The position numbers and the translations under genes are program-made. A stretch of 64,000 bases of DNA, taken from NCBI GenBank assembly GCA_963739515.1, contig CAVUAO010000003.1, positions 9,891-73,890 on the forward strand, read 5' to 3'. Shown here piece by piece: positions 44,831 to 55,405 of the stretch. The notes below the pieces were generated by a model, which was given only the letters and a program-made list of their open reading frames with translations, was not told the origin of the DNA and searched no databases. Position 1 is the stretch's first letter. Each line of letters opens with the position of its first letter. The DNA comes from an uncultured Chloroflexia bacterium. Its GTDB lineage: Bacteria; Chloroflexota; Dehalococcoidia; Dehalococcoidales; RBG-16-60-22.

Positions 44831-44958
44831 CTAACAAAACCCAAACAATCCTCATCTATCCTATTATTTTAGCGGTTTTTTAGCAAGAAATCACTCGTAG
44901 TCATATAGCGGGGTCGATAAAAAGGGAGTATAATTAGGCTTGAACCAAGGGAAAGCGG

Positions 44959-45501
44959 ATGAAAACCTTTTTACGCGAATTTCTGATTACCATACTGCTG
45001 GCGGCCGTCATCTTCGTCGTGGCGCAGAGGACGATACAGACGTACGAGGTGTTCATGACCAGCATGGAGCCTAACTTCCACGAGGGGCAGCGGGTGGTGG
45101 TCAATAAAGCCGTTTACATCTTCGGGGAGCCGCAGCGGGGGGATATCATCATCTTCAAAGCCCCCGACGCCAGCGGGGAAGACTTCATCAAGCGGGTCAT
45201 CGGCCTGCCCGGCGATACCGTCGAGGTCAAAAACCAGGCGGTCTACGTTAACGACATCAAGCTGGTCGAGCCGTATATCGCGGCCGCCCCGGCCTACATC
45301 ATGCCCAAGATAACGGTGCCCAAAGACAAATACTTCGTCCTCGGAGACAACCGCAACCACAGCAACGACTCGCATAATAACTGGTACGTCGACCGTAAAG
45401 ATATCCGCGGCAAAGCCTGGCTGTCCACCTGGCCGCCGCACGACTGGGGATTCGTCCATGGCTACCCTCTTAACGACCAGGTAGCCAACGCCAGCGGGTA
45501 A
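44959..45501 (+). CDS. lepB: Signal peptidase I
   Basis: N-terminal TM helix, catalytic box TSMEPNF, …RGDIIIFK…KRVIGLPGD…, and box E GDNRNHSNDS. Confidence 0.9.
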   Translation: MKTFLREFLITILLAAVIFVVAQRTIQTYEVFMTSMEPNFHEGQRVVVNKAVYIFGEPQRGDIIIFKAPDASGEDFIKRVIGLPGDTVEVKNQAVYVNDIKLVEPYIAAAPAYIMPKITVPKDKYFVLGDNRNHSNDSHNNWYVDRKDIRGKAWLSTWPPHDWGFVHGYPLNDQVANASG

Positions 45502-45540
45502 CCATATCAATCCGACTCTGAAAAACAACCGGGGTATGCG

Positions 45541-46134
45541 GTGACCGAGAACGTCGAGCGAATCTTTGAAAAAGCGGGGGCGGTGCTAAAAGGGCACTTC
45601 CTGCTGTCTTCCGGGCTGCACTCCCCGGTCTACTGGGAGAAGTTCCAGGTCCTGCAATATCCCGAATATACCGAAAAGCTCTGCCGCATGATGGCCGACC
45701 ATTTCCGGAAGAGCCTCGTCCAGGTGGTGGCCGGGCCGACGACCGGCGGCGTTATCCTCGCCTACGAGGTCGGCCGGCAACTGGGAGTGCGCGGCATCTT
45801 CGCCGAAAAGGCTCCTTCCCAAGGGAAGGACGGCGGCCGGGAGTTCCGGCGGGGTTTCCGCATTGCGCCGGGCGAACGCGTCCTCATCGTCGACGACGTC
45901 ATGACCAAGGGCGGCTCGATACAGGACACTATCGACGCCGTCAAACGGCTGGGCGGCGACATCGCAGGCATTGGTGTGCTGGTCGACCGCTCCCCGGGAA
46001 AAATCGATTTCGGTTTTCCTTTCTTCGCCTGCCATAAGACGGAGGTCATCACCTACCCGCCCGCCGAATGTCCCCTCTGCCGCGCGGGCGTCCCGCTGGT
46101 AAAGCCGGGGAGCAGCCAACCGAAGAGCGGATAA
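45541..46134 (+). CDS. pyrE: Orotate phosphoribosyltransferase
   Basis: …GHFLLSSGLHSPVYWEKF… and the PRPP-binding loop VLIVDDVMTKGGS. GTG start. Confidence 0.85.
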   Translation: MTENVERIFEKAGAVLKGHFLLSSGLHSPVYWEKFQVLQYPEYTEKLCRMMADHFRKSLVQVVAGPTTGGVILAYEVGRQLGVRGIFAEKAPSQGKDGGREFRRGFRIAPGERVLIVDDVMTKGGSIQDTIDAVKRLGGDIAGIGVLVDRSPGKIDFGFPFFACHKTEVITYPPAECPLCRAGVPLVKPGSSQPKSG

Positions 46135-46353
46135 TCGTCTTCTACCATCCCGGCAGGAGAACCCTCATTTATCCTCACTTTTCCCCCCAACCCGGTGAAG
46201 CCGAAGCTGCGCCACGTTCGATATAAACAAAAATACTCACAGACTTATTACCGATTTCCTACCGAAAATTACCCGCGGGTTTCCTAAGATAATAGAGCGA
46301 AATGCCAGATACCAGCCCAAAATACTCTGATATCGAATGAGATATCGGAGGCA

Positions 46354-48063
46354 ATGAAAAATATGGACAAAATACGGAAACCCGGAATACGAATCTCTCG
46401 CCTGCTCCTGGTCGGCATGCTGGCGATGGTTCTTTTATCGGGACAAATATTCCTCTTTTCCGGCGGCGTTCTGGCTGACATAAGTACCTCAGTGACAATT
46501 ATCGGCTCGGACCCACTCACAGCACCCGTGGTCCAAATTACCCCCGAAAAACCGCAACCGGGCGAAGACCTGACATGTTCTATTACCGTAGTAAGTACCG
46601 ACGATGACCCGGCTTCGATTAGATATACCTACGACTGGTATAAAAACGGGGCTTTACAGGCAGGACTCACGCTGGCCGATACCACCAGCCTGGCGAATAC
46701 CATCGACGGCTCCGGCACCACGGCCGGGGAAATCTGGAAATGCGTGGTCACGCCTAACAATGGCTCGTTCAGCGGCCCGAGCGCCCAGGACGAAGTGACC
46801 ATCGCTGCCGAAGACGAGGACGGCGGCATCGGGGGCGGCGGCGGCAGCAGCGGCGGCGGAGGCGGAGGAGGCGGCGCACCCAGCGGTGTGACCAGCCTCG
46901 CTGAATATATCACCAACGAAGGCGTTTTCGTGGCGGATAACGTCACAATATATTCCGCCGACGGAAAAGTCCGACTTACCATAAGAAAAGGCACCACCGG
47001 TAAGAACGCCGCCGGCCAAACCCTGTACTCGATATCGATAAAACCGGCCGAAGAACCACCGGCACCTCCCGAAGACAATACGTTCATTTGCCTCAATTAC
47101 AACTTAACCCCCTCCGGCGCTACCTTCGACCCGCCCATCTCACTGACCTTTTTCTACGATGATTCACAGGTCCCTGAAGGAGTGCCCGAAGAGAACCTGG
47201 TGCTCGGGACCTATTACGACGGCAAATGGGTCACCTTCGATAACTGCGTCGTCAACCCGGCCAACAATACGATTACGGTAAAGATAAGCCACTTTTCCAT
47301 TTACACCGTGATGGCTAACACGGCACCGGCCACGCTGACAGTAACCGGAATAACCGTGACACCGAACGAAGTTTACCAGAATGAGACCGTGACCGTCAGC
47401 ACGACGGTGACCAACAAAGGCGGTCTGACCGGAAGCAAAGACGTTACCCTTACGATGAATAATGTAGCCCTGCAGACCACGAAAGTAACCCTCGATGGGG
47501 GCAAGAGCCAGACGGTAACCTTTACGGTAACCGTCGCCAACGCCGGTAAATATGTCATCGAAGTCAACGGCTTATCGAGCATGCTTAACGTTAAGCCAGC
47601 AGTCGCGTCGCCCGAAGGCTCGGTGACCAATATATTGCCCGCCAGCTTCATCATCTCCAACCTCGCCGTGGTTCCGGGAGAGGTCAATGCCTCCGGGGAG
47701 GTCACGATTTCCGCCCTGGTGACCAATATCGGTAACAGCGAGGGGACCTATACCGCCGTCCTCAAGATAAACGGCGTGGAGGAGACCAGGAAAGACATCA
47801 CCCTCGGCGCCGGCCAGAATGGAACCGTGGTCTTCAACATAGCGAAGTCGACCGGCGGGATTTACTCCGTAGATATCGCCGGCAACGCCGGGCAATTCAC
47901 CGTGATCGCCCCGCCGCCGGCCACGACCCAGACACCGGCAAAAACCACACCGCCGCCGCCTGCGTCAACCAACTGGTGGATAGTGTTCGGCACGATTGCG
48001 GGAGTGATTATCGTCGTCCGCCTGCTGACTTACCTGTACCAGAAGCGCTCGATAAACATGTAG
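46354..48063 (+). CDS. Cell-surface protein: signal peptide, Gly-rich linker, two CARDB-like domains, Pro/Thr stalk and C-terminal TM anchor
   Basis: 569 aa. GGIGGGGGSSGGGGGGGG tract. Two repeats of the type …VTNKGGLTGSKDVTLTMNN… / …VTNIGNSEGTYTAVLKING… The tail is PPPATTQTPAKTTPPPP plus a TM helix plus KR. Confidence 0.8.
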   Translation: MKNMDKIRKPGIRISRLLLVGMLAMVLLSGQIFLFSGGVLADISTSVTIIGSDPLTAPVVQITPEKPQPGEDLTCSITVVSTDDDPASIRYTYDWYKNGALQAGLTLADTTSLANTIDGSGTTAGEIWKCVVTPNNGSFSGPSAQDEVTIAAEDEDGGIGGGGGSSGGGGGGGGAPSGVTSLAEYITNEGVFVADNVTIYSADGKVRLTIRKGTTGKNAAGQTLYSISIKPAEEPPAPPEDNTFICLNYNLTPSGATFDPPISLTFFYDDSQVPEGVPEENLVLGTYYDGKWVTFDNCVVNPANNTITVKISHFSIYTVMANTAPATLTVTGITVTPNEVYQNETVTVSTTVTNKGGLTGSKDVTLTMNNVALQTTKVTLDGGKSQTVTFTVTVANAGKYVIEVNGLSSMLNVKPAVASPEGSVTNILPASFIISNLAVVPGEVNASGEVTISALVTNIGNSEGTYTAVLKINGVEETRKDITLGAGQNGTVVFNIAKSTGGIYSVDIAGNAGQFTVIAPPPATTQTPAKTTPPPPASTNWWIVFGTIAGVIIVVRLLTYLYQKRSINM

Positions 48064-48227
48064 TCGCCCCGCCGACATCCATGCTTCCTCAAGACCGATA
48101 TCATCCGGAACTATCTTCACGCGTCCGCATTTCGGCCATTTCCTTATCAATCCATAATTGCGTAACGTCGGGTCAGCATGGCAAAATAGACCATACTCAG
48201 GCAATAACCTGATTAAGGAGGGCCGCC

Positions 48228-48686
48228 ATGGGAACCGCCGTCGCCATCGCCGTCACCATCATCGTCGCTTTTCTGATTATCGTCCTCAGCAACTATATCA
48301 TCCGCCTCAGATACGAAAAGCGTTTCCGCGACTGGTGCGCCACCGAAACACTCAAATGGCAGTCGACCACGGAGCAGGCGCGTAAGGACGCCGTTTCGCA
48401 GAGTCGGGCCGTCCTGGGCGGCAAGTTCACCGAGCAGATGGTGCCCTTTTTCCCCGACTTCAAGTACGACCCGACGGAGGTGAGGTTTATCGGCAGTCCC
48501 ATCGACATGATCGCGTTTCCCGGGCTGGCTAAAGGCGACCCGCAGGAAATCGTGGTCCTGGAGGTCAAGACGGGCAAGAACCCGCAACTGACCCCGGCGC
48601 AGAAAAAAATCAGGGAGCTCATCGAAAACGGCATGGTCAGGTGGGACGAGATACACCAAGAAATCGAGGAGGAGGAACCGGGCTAG
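48228..48686 (+). CDS. Membrane-anchored endonuclease related to archaeal Holliday-junction resolvases (COG4741-like)
   Basis: N-terminal TM helix. …SRAVLGGKFTEQMVPFFPDFKYDPTEVRFIGSPIDMIAFPG…IVVLEVKTGKNPQLTPAQKKIR…. Confidence 0.65.
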   Translation: MGTAVAIAVTIIVAFLIIVLSNYIIRLRYEKRFRDWCATETLKWQSTTEQARKDAVSQSRAVLGGKFTEQMVPFFPDFKYDPTEVRFIGSPIDMIAFPGLAKGDPQEIVVLEVKTGKNPQLTPAQKKIRELIENGMVRWDEIHQEIEEEEPG

Positions 48687-50395
48687 TCCCGACCGAACTC
48701 CCGCTCCAGCTGCGCGGCGCTCAACCTGATAACGGTGGGTCGACCGTGGGGGCAGGTGTGGGGGTTGGCGGACTGCTCCAGTTGACGCACCAGGGCCCGC
48801 ATCTCGTCGTCGGTTAAAGTCTGCCCGCTCTTAATCGCCCCGTGACAGGCAATCGACGCCACCATGCGCTCCTCCCACCGACTCTTTTCCTCACCCGATA
48901 ATGCGTCGAGCATCTCCCGCAGCATTTGAGGCCAGTCGTCCCCGGCCACCAGCGCCGGCACCGACCGCACCAGATAAGTCCTTTCACCGAAGCTCTCTAA
49001 AGCGAAACCGAAATCGGCCAGGTCTGACCAGGCACGACCTGCATGATCGCGTCCTGCCGGGGCGTCACCTCGAGCGTCGCCGGCTCCAGCAGTCCCTGTA
49101 CCTCCGGCTGCCGCGTCTCGCGCTGCTGTTTTAACCGGTCGTAGCGAATCCGCTCGTGCGCGGCATGCTGGTCGATAAGGTAGAGTCCGTCGGGTCCTTC
49201 GGCGAGGATGTAGCGGTTCATGACCTGCCCCACCACCCGCAGCACCGGGAGGGAGGTCATCAGCCGGGGCGAAGATTCGGTCAAGGATGTCTGTGGTACT
49301 TCGGAGGTCTCCCAGAGTTGCGGCATTGGCTGAGGCGCGGCGCGATACGGCGCGACGACCTCTTCAATCCCAGGCACGGGCATCTGCGCCACCAGCGTGC
49401 GCCGGACGGTCCGCTGCACCGCCCGGAAAACAGCGGCGTCGGAGCGGAACTTCACCTCGCTCTTGGCGGGATGGATATTGACGTCGACCTCCCCCGGGGG
49501 AAGTCGAATATCCAGCACCGCGACGGGGTGCCGTCCCGTCATGAGGAGTCCGCTATAGGCCTCCTCCACGGCGTAGGACAAAAGCCGGTTGGTGATCCAC
49601 CGCCGGTTGACGAAAAAGCTGAGGAGGTCGCGGCTGGCCCGGCCCAGGTCCGGCGCGCCGACCATCCCCGTCACTTTAATTTCAGGAGGAGTGATACCGC
49701 CCTGCCAGACTTCGTCTTCCGCGACGACCGGCAACATCTTGCCGGCCAGCGACGCGCCGTAAACGTCGATGACGGCGTCGAGCAACTTGCCCTTGCCCGA
49801 GGTTTTTAAGGTTTCCTTGCCGTCGACCGTGAAACTGAACGCCACCTCCGGATAGGCTAAAGCATACTGGCTGACCACGTTAGCGACGTGGCCGGCTTCG
49901 GTAGCCAGCGACTTCAGGAACTTCAACCTGGCCGGGCACTCTTTTAAACAAATTTCTCACGGTAAGAGTCGTCCCCGTTACGCGCGCCTGGCTCTTTTTT
50001 GCCTTGATAATGCCGCCTTCCAAAGCGAGAAAGGTCCCGGCCTTTTCGCCTTCAAAGCAGGTGAGCAGCTCGACGTCCGCCACGGCGGCGATACTGGGCA
50101 GCGCCTCGCCGCGGAATCCGAGACTGCCAATGGTTTGCAGGTCCTCCGCCCTGCTTATCTTGCTGGTGGCGTGCCGCTCGAAAGCCAGCTCGACCTCCCC
50201 GGCGGGAATGCCGCGGCCGTTATCGGTGACTTTAATCAGATTGACGCCCCCGCCCCTGATCTCCACCCCGACCTGCGTGGCGCCGGCGTCCAGGGCGTTT
50301 TCCACCAGCTCCTTCACCACCGAGGACGGTCGCTCCACGACTTCCCCGGCGGCGATTTGGTTGATGGTGGCTTTGTCCAGGATTTTTATGGTCAT
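48683..50395 (-). pseudogene. mutL: DNA mismatch repair protein MutL, two frameshifts
   Basis: N-terminal ATPase (…INQIAAGEVVERPSSVVKELVENALDAGA…) in ORF 49880-50395. Middle in 48997-49926. C-terminal dimerisation domain (…ACHGAIKSGQTL…CPHGRPT…) in a third frame. The breaks lie at about 49931-49937 and 49020-49033. Confidence 0.9.
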
Positions 50396-50498
50396 AGTAT
50401 TATAGCTATTTTACACGGTAGCGTGTAGATTGTCAAGTCGATTGGTTCTACGTTTAAGTTTAATCTTTTGGAGAAAGGGAGTCAAAGACATTTTAAAC

Positions 50499-50764
50499 CT
50501 CACCCCCTTAAATCCCCCTCTCCTTCTGAGGCGGGGAGAAGGAGAGGGGGAAATAAATAAAAGAGGGGCTGACGCCCCTCTTAGACGCCCTTTATTAAAT
50601 CCCTCTCTAACTCTCCCTTTACGAAAGGGAGAGGATGATGGCATATCCCCTTTTTTCTGCGCCCCTTGTAAACGCCGACAGCCGGCAGAACGCGGGAGAG
50701 TTTGAGGAGGCGCGCAGCGCCCCCTCTCTATTACTTCCCCTTCCCCTTGGCAAGGGGAAGGGGA
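50499..50764. repeat. Cluster of hairpin repeat modules between mutL and pcrA
   Basis: Family 3 at 50499-50550. Family 1 at 50561-50590. Extra hairpins are CTCTCCCTTTACGAAAGGGAGAG (50611-50633) and TCCCCTTCCCCTT-GGC-AAGGGGAAGGGGA (50736-50764). Confidence 0.8.
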
Positions 50765-50846
50765 CATAGGGGATAGGGTTAATAAAGAATACAGCGGGCG
50801 GGTGGGAAAGAAAATTAGTCGAGGGGCGGGGATAAGGAGGGGGAAA

Positions 50847-53016
50847 TCAGACCTTCTCTATCTTCGCGAAGCTCAATAAAAAGCGCTTGACGCCGACGCC
50901 GTCGAAAGCCACCACGACCTCGGCGTCGTTCTTGACCTTGTGATAGTTCACCACCACGCCCTCGCCGAACTGGTCGTGTCTAACGTGCTCGCCCGCCTTG
51001 AATACGGGGAGGTCTTCATTGGGTTTTATGGCTTTTTCGGTGGCGTCGATGGACGCTGACGACCACTCGTCTTCTTTCTCGCGCACGCCGCCGCGGGTCA
51101 TCAGGTGCTCCGGTATGTCCAGCAGAAAACGCGAGGGTTTGTTCACCGCGCTGGAGCCCATCAGGTGGCGGCGGAACGCCCTCACTAAATACACCTTCTT
51201 CTTCGCCCGGGTAATGCCCACGTAGCACAGGCGGCGCTCTTCCTCCAGCTGGGCGGGGTCGTCAATACTTTTGTAGTGCGGAATAATGCCGTCCTCCATG
51301 CCGACGATGAACACTACCGGGAACTCCAGCCCTTTAGCCTGGTGTAACGTAATCAAAGTCACGGTTTCCTGCTTCTCGGGGAGGTCGTCGACGTCCGACA
51401 CCAGCGCCACACCCTCGAGGAAAGAGGTCAGCCCCTCCCCCGACTTCATATCCTTATAGTCCTGGGCGACGCCGCGCAGCTCCAGGATGTTCTCCCAGCG
51501 CTCCTCGCCGTCGACGAGGCCCGTAATGTACTGCTTGTATCCCGACCTCTCGACAACGAGGTCGAACAGCGCCACTATATCCAGCTCGCGGCTCCGCTCG
51601 ATGAGCTTTTCCAGCATCACGGCAAAGCCAGCCAGTGCCTTGACCGTCCGAGCGCTGAAAGGCAGTTCGGTACCGCTTTCCGAAGAATCGGCGAGAAGTC
51701 GCAGCGCCTGGTACTCGCTGACGCCGTGCTCCCGCGCCCAGCGGGTAAGCTCGTCCAGCGAACGCTCGCCGATACCGCGCTGGGGCACGTTGATCACGCG
51801 CATCAGGGAGACGGTATCGTTCGGGTTCTGGATCAGGCGGAGATAGGCGATGATGTCCTTGACCTCGCGCCGCTCGTAGAAGCGGGTGCCCGCCACCAGC
51901 TTATAGGGCATGCCGTAGCGGATAAAAGCCTCCTCCAGGGCGCGCGACTGGGCGTTGGTGCGGAACATGACGGCGCAGTCGCCGGACTTGACCTCGCCGC
52001 CGCGCACCAGATCATCGATTTCGTTAACGACGTACTGTGCTTCTTCCTCCTCGGAATAGGTCTCGATAACGGCCGGGGGAATCCCCTTCTCGTTCTCCGT
52101 CCAGAGTTCCTTGGGCTTGCGCTGCTTGTTCGCCGAGATGACGTGAGAAGCGGCGTCGAGGATGAGCTGGGTCGAGCGGTAGTTCTGCTCCAGCAAGACC
52201 ACCTTGGCATCCGGAAAGTCCTTCTCAAAGTTTAAAATATTGCGGATATCGGCCGACCGCCACGAGTAAATCGACTGGTCGGGGTCGCCGACGACGCAGA
52301 TGTTGCGATATTTCCCCGCCAGCAGCTTGACCAGTTCGTACTGGACGAGGTTGGTATCCTGGAACTCGTCCACCTGGATGTGCAGGTAGCGCGCCTGATA
52401 CCTGGCCAGGATTTCCGACTTCTCGCGGAAAAGCAGCACCGTCTTCATCAAAAGGTCGTCGAAATCCAGCGCGCTACTGGCGGTCAGCAGCTCCTGGTAG
52501 CGCTCGTAGACGCGGCGGGTCACCTCGTCGAAATAAGACTTGCCGGGGAGGTCGGACGGGCCGAGCATCTGGCTCTTGGCGCTGGAGATAACGGACTGGA
52601 GGGCGCGGGGGGCGAACTGCTTGGGGTCGAGGGCCAGGTCCTGAAGGCTGCGTTTGAGCAGGGAAATCTGGTCGTCGTCGTCATAGATCACGAACTTCTT
52701 ATCGACCCCGATAGCCTGGCCGTCCTGCCTCAGGATGCGGGCGCAGATGGCGTGGAAAGTCCCGAGGGTAATGTCTTTCACCGAGGCGCTGACCAGTTGA
52801 TTAAGGCGCTCCTCCATCTCGCGGGCGGCCTTGTTGGTGAAGGTGACGGCCATGATGCGGCGCGGGTTGACGCCGACCACGCGGATGAGGTAGGCGACGC
52901 GGTGGGTAATGACGCGGGTCTTGCCCGAGCCGGGGCCGGCTAAGAATAAGCACAGGGCCGTTGATAGCTTCAACGGCGGCTTTCTGGGCGGGATTAAGCT
53001 CGGCGAGGATATCCAC
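50847..53016 (-). pseudogene. pcrA: ATP-dependent DNA helicase PcrA/UvrD, one frameshift just before Walker A
   Basis: The N-terminus (GTG 53016) MDILAELNPAQKAAVEAINGPVLIL changes frame at about 52941. It then continues AGPGSGKTRVITHRVAYLI… to the end (708-aa ORF). Confidence 0.9.
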
Positions 53017-53069
53017 TATTTAATTATAACAGGTATGCGGCGCCTATTTCATGGCCTTTTCCGACTGCT

Positions 53070-53482
53070 TCACAACCATGTTGACGAGGGTTTGGCGGGC
53101 CAGCCTGACACTACCTGCTTGGCAATCAGCAGTCTATCGTAAACCTCCGCATTGCCTTGATTTTATCGCCGCTGAACTCATAGGCACACATCGCCAGAAA
53201 TTCGAATTTTTTACCCTGCAACGTACGCTGAGGATATGCTCGAAAAAGGCCTTATCCCCCGTGTACGATTATCCCGTTACCGGTCTCCGTGACTTTCATA
53301 TCCTTCATGTTCTTCGCACATGGAGGTAACATTGCCCTTAATTGCCGCTTTACCTTTAAGGTGCCGAAAGGATGTGTCAAAGACCGCGTCATCGGTGTAG
53401 TAGGCAATATGCTTATCCACATCCCCTGTTTCCCACGCTTTGGCAAACTCACGCATGATACTGGCAATTTTTCTTCTGGCAT
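53070..53482 (-). pseudogene. NTF2/SnoaL-like small protein, several frame breaks (boundaries uncertain)
   Basis: ATG 53482 with GGAGG SD. MPEEK / IASIMREFAKAWETGDVDKHIAYYTDDAVF…MCEEHEGYE / VTETGNGIIVHG… / …QGKKFEFLAMCAYEFSGDKIKAMRRFTID can be followed only by frame switching. Confidence 0.35.
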
Positions 53483-53594
53483 TTTAGATACCTCCATATT
53501 TTGTTAAATTAACATAATTATAGTCCTAATTTGCTATTTGTCAAATAAAAAACGATTGAATTCGTAAGGAAAAAAACGTTAATATATAAACATC

Positions 53595-54677
53595 ATGTCT
53601 CAAACTGCCACCAAACGGCTCTCCTTCCTCGACCGGTTTCTAACGCTATGGATTTTCCTGGCGATGGGAATCGGGGTGGCGCTGGGGTGGCAAGTACCGC
53701 AAGTCGCCGACTTTATCAATTCCCTGAAAGTGGGCACGACCTCCATACCCATCGCCATCGGCCTGATACTAATGATGTACCCGCCGCTGGCTAAAGTCCG
53801 CTACGAGCAAATGGGGCGGGTCTTCCGCAACTGGAAAGTTCTAGGACTATCGCTCGTGCAGAACTGGGTCATCGGGCCAGTACTGATGTTCCTGCTGGCG
53901 ATAGCCTTCCTCGGTTATCTATGGCCCCGGCCGGAATACATGGTCGGCCTGATCATGATCGGGCTGGCGCGGTGCATCGCCATGGTCATCGTCTGGAACG
54001 AGCTCGCCAGGGGCGACCGAGAGTACGCCGCGGGGCTGGTGGCCTTCAACTCCGTCTTCCAGATACTGTTCTACACGGTCTATGCCTGGGTCTTTATCAC
54101 CGTGCTGCCGAAGTATTTCGGACTCAAAGGGTCGGCCGTCGATGTCTCGATGGCGGAAATAGCCAAGAGCGTGTTTATCTACCTCGGCATACCGTTCTTC
54201 GGCGGTATGCTAACGCGTTTTATCTTCCTGAAAACTAAAGGGCGTGAATGGTACGAAAGCAAGTTCATCCCCAAGATAAGCCCCATAACGCTGGCGGCGC
54301 TGCTCTTCACCATTATCGTGATGTTCTCCCTCAGGGGCAAGACTATTATAGAATCGCCACAGGACGTCCTCATCATCGCCGTACCGCTGCTTATCTACTT
54401 CGTCATCATGTTCCTGGTCTCGTTCTACATGGGGAGGAGAATCGGGGCGGACTACAGCCAGACGGCCAGCATCGCCTTCACCGCCGCCAGCAACAACTTC
54501 GAGCTGGCCATCGCCGTGGCGGTGGCGGTATTCGGGATAGGGTCGGGGCAGGCCTTTGCCGCCGTTATCGGGCCGCTGGTCGAGGTGCCGGTGCTCATCA
54601 GCCTGGTAAACCTGGCGTTATTTTTCCAAAGAAGGTATTTCAAACAGACAAGCGTCCCGGATACACCGCCATCCTAA
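53595..54677 (+). CDS. acr3: Arsenite efflux transporter, ACR3 family
   Basis: 360 aa. …[24 protein letters not shown]…[20 protein letters not shown]… is typical of ACR3. Confidence 0.9.
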   Translation: MSQTATKRLSFLDRFLTLWIFLAMGIGVALGWQVPQVADFINSLKVGTTSIPIAIGLILMMYPPLAKVRYEQMGRVFRNWKVLGLSLVQNWVIGPVLMFLLAIAFLGYLWPRPEYMVGLIMIGLARCIAMVIVWNELARGDREYAAGLVAFNSVFQILFYTVYAWVFITVLPKYFGLKGSAVDVSMAEIAKSVFIYLGIPFFGGMLTRFIFLKTKGREWYESKFIPKISPITLAALLFTIIVMFSLRGKTIIESPQDVLIIAVPLLIYFVIMFLVSFYMGRRIGADYSQTASIAFTAASNNFELAIAVAVAVFGIGSGQAFAAVIGPLVEVPVLISLVNLALFFQRRYFKQTSVPDTPPS

Positions 54678-54748
54678 CGATATTGCAGTCGTCTTATGGC
54701 AAGTGTTAGAATGACACTAAGCAGGTAATTTCCTCAAGGAGTCCAGAC

Positions 54749-55378
54749 GTGTTTACCGGTATCGTTCAAGAGATAGGCCGCATTGTCTCCGTCACTAAAG
54801 AAGGGCTGGTGATTGCCGCCGATAATGCGTTGCGGGGGATACAGGAGGGGGGCAGCGTCAACGTTAACGGCGTCTGCCTGACGGTGACCCGTTTCGACGA
54901 AAAGTCTTTCTCGGTCGATGTTATGCCGGAAACGCAAAAAAAGACCAACCTCGGGACGCTGAAACCAGGGGACAGGGTCAACCTGGAAAGACCGCTCGCC
55001 TACAACGGGGAGATAGGCGGACACCTGGTGCAGGGGCATATCGACGATACAGGGAGAGTCATCCAGATAGCCCGCGAAGGCGACTCTCTACTCATGAGGT
55101 TCGAGGCTAAACCGGAACTGATGCGCTACATCGTGCCCAAAGGCTTCATCGCCGTGGACGGCACGAGCCTGACGGTCACCACCAAAGACATCAAGTCGTT
55201 CGGGGTGGCCATCGTGGGATACACGCGCGAACACACGATTCTAGCCGATAAAAAGCCCGGCGACCTCGTCAACCTGGAAGTGGACATCATCGGCAAATAC
55301 GTGGTCGAACTCTACGGGACACAGTCCGGGGGCATTACGCCGGAATTTTTACGGGAGCACGGTTTCGCGATAAACTAA
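54749..55378 (+). CDS. ribE: Riboflavin synthase (alpha chain)
   Basis: (M)FTGIVQEIGRI…GGSVNVNGVCLTV… and the second repeat …GFIAVDGTSLTV… GTG start with AAGGAG SD. Confidence 0.9.
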   Translation: MFTGIVQEIGRIVSVTKEGLVIAADNALRGIQEGGSVNVNGVCLTVTRFDEKSFSVDVMPETQKKTNLGTLKPGDRVNLERPLAYNGEIGGHLVQGHIDDTGRVIQIAREGDSLLMRFEAKPELMRYIVPKGFIAVDGTSLTVTTKDIKSFGVAIVGYTREHTILADKKPGDLVNLEVDIIGKYVVELYGTQSGGITPEFLREHGFAIN

Positions 55379-55405
55379 AGCTCACGAGAAATATGGAGAA
55401 TTAGC

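Noticed and set aside
50411-50767. ORFs translated through the repeat clusters (also 5965-6210, 9112-9387, 18334-18597, 42164-42370, 42432-42626, 50430-50705)
   Set aside because: Their sequences are just translations of the hairpin repeat modules (…PLLNAP…, …GEGEG…, …RNDR…-type peptides). The same DNA words recur in both orientations and in different frames, which is incompatible with protein-level selection.
53252-53254. Second in-frame stop (TAA) inside the NTF2-like gene
   Set aside because: An alternative reading with two compensating frameshifts (…IIVHGDKAFFEHILS… then …LQGKKFEF…) fits the SnoaL fold pattern at least as well. The in-frame stop is therefore not secure.
53502-53514. 13-bp palindrome TGTTAA-A-TTAACA upstream of acr3, as an ArsR operator
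   Set aside because: No arsR-type regulator is encoded nearby, and the region is very AT-rich, so a short palindrome is weak evidence.
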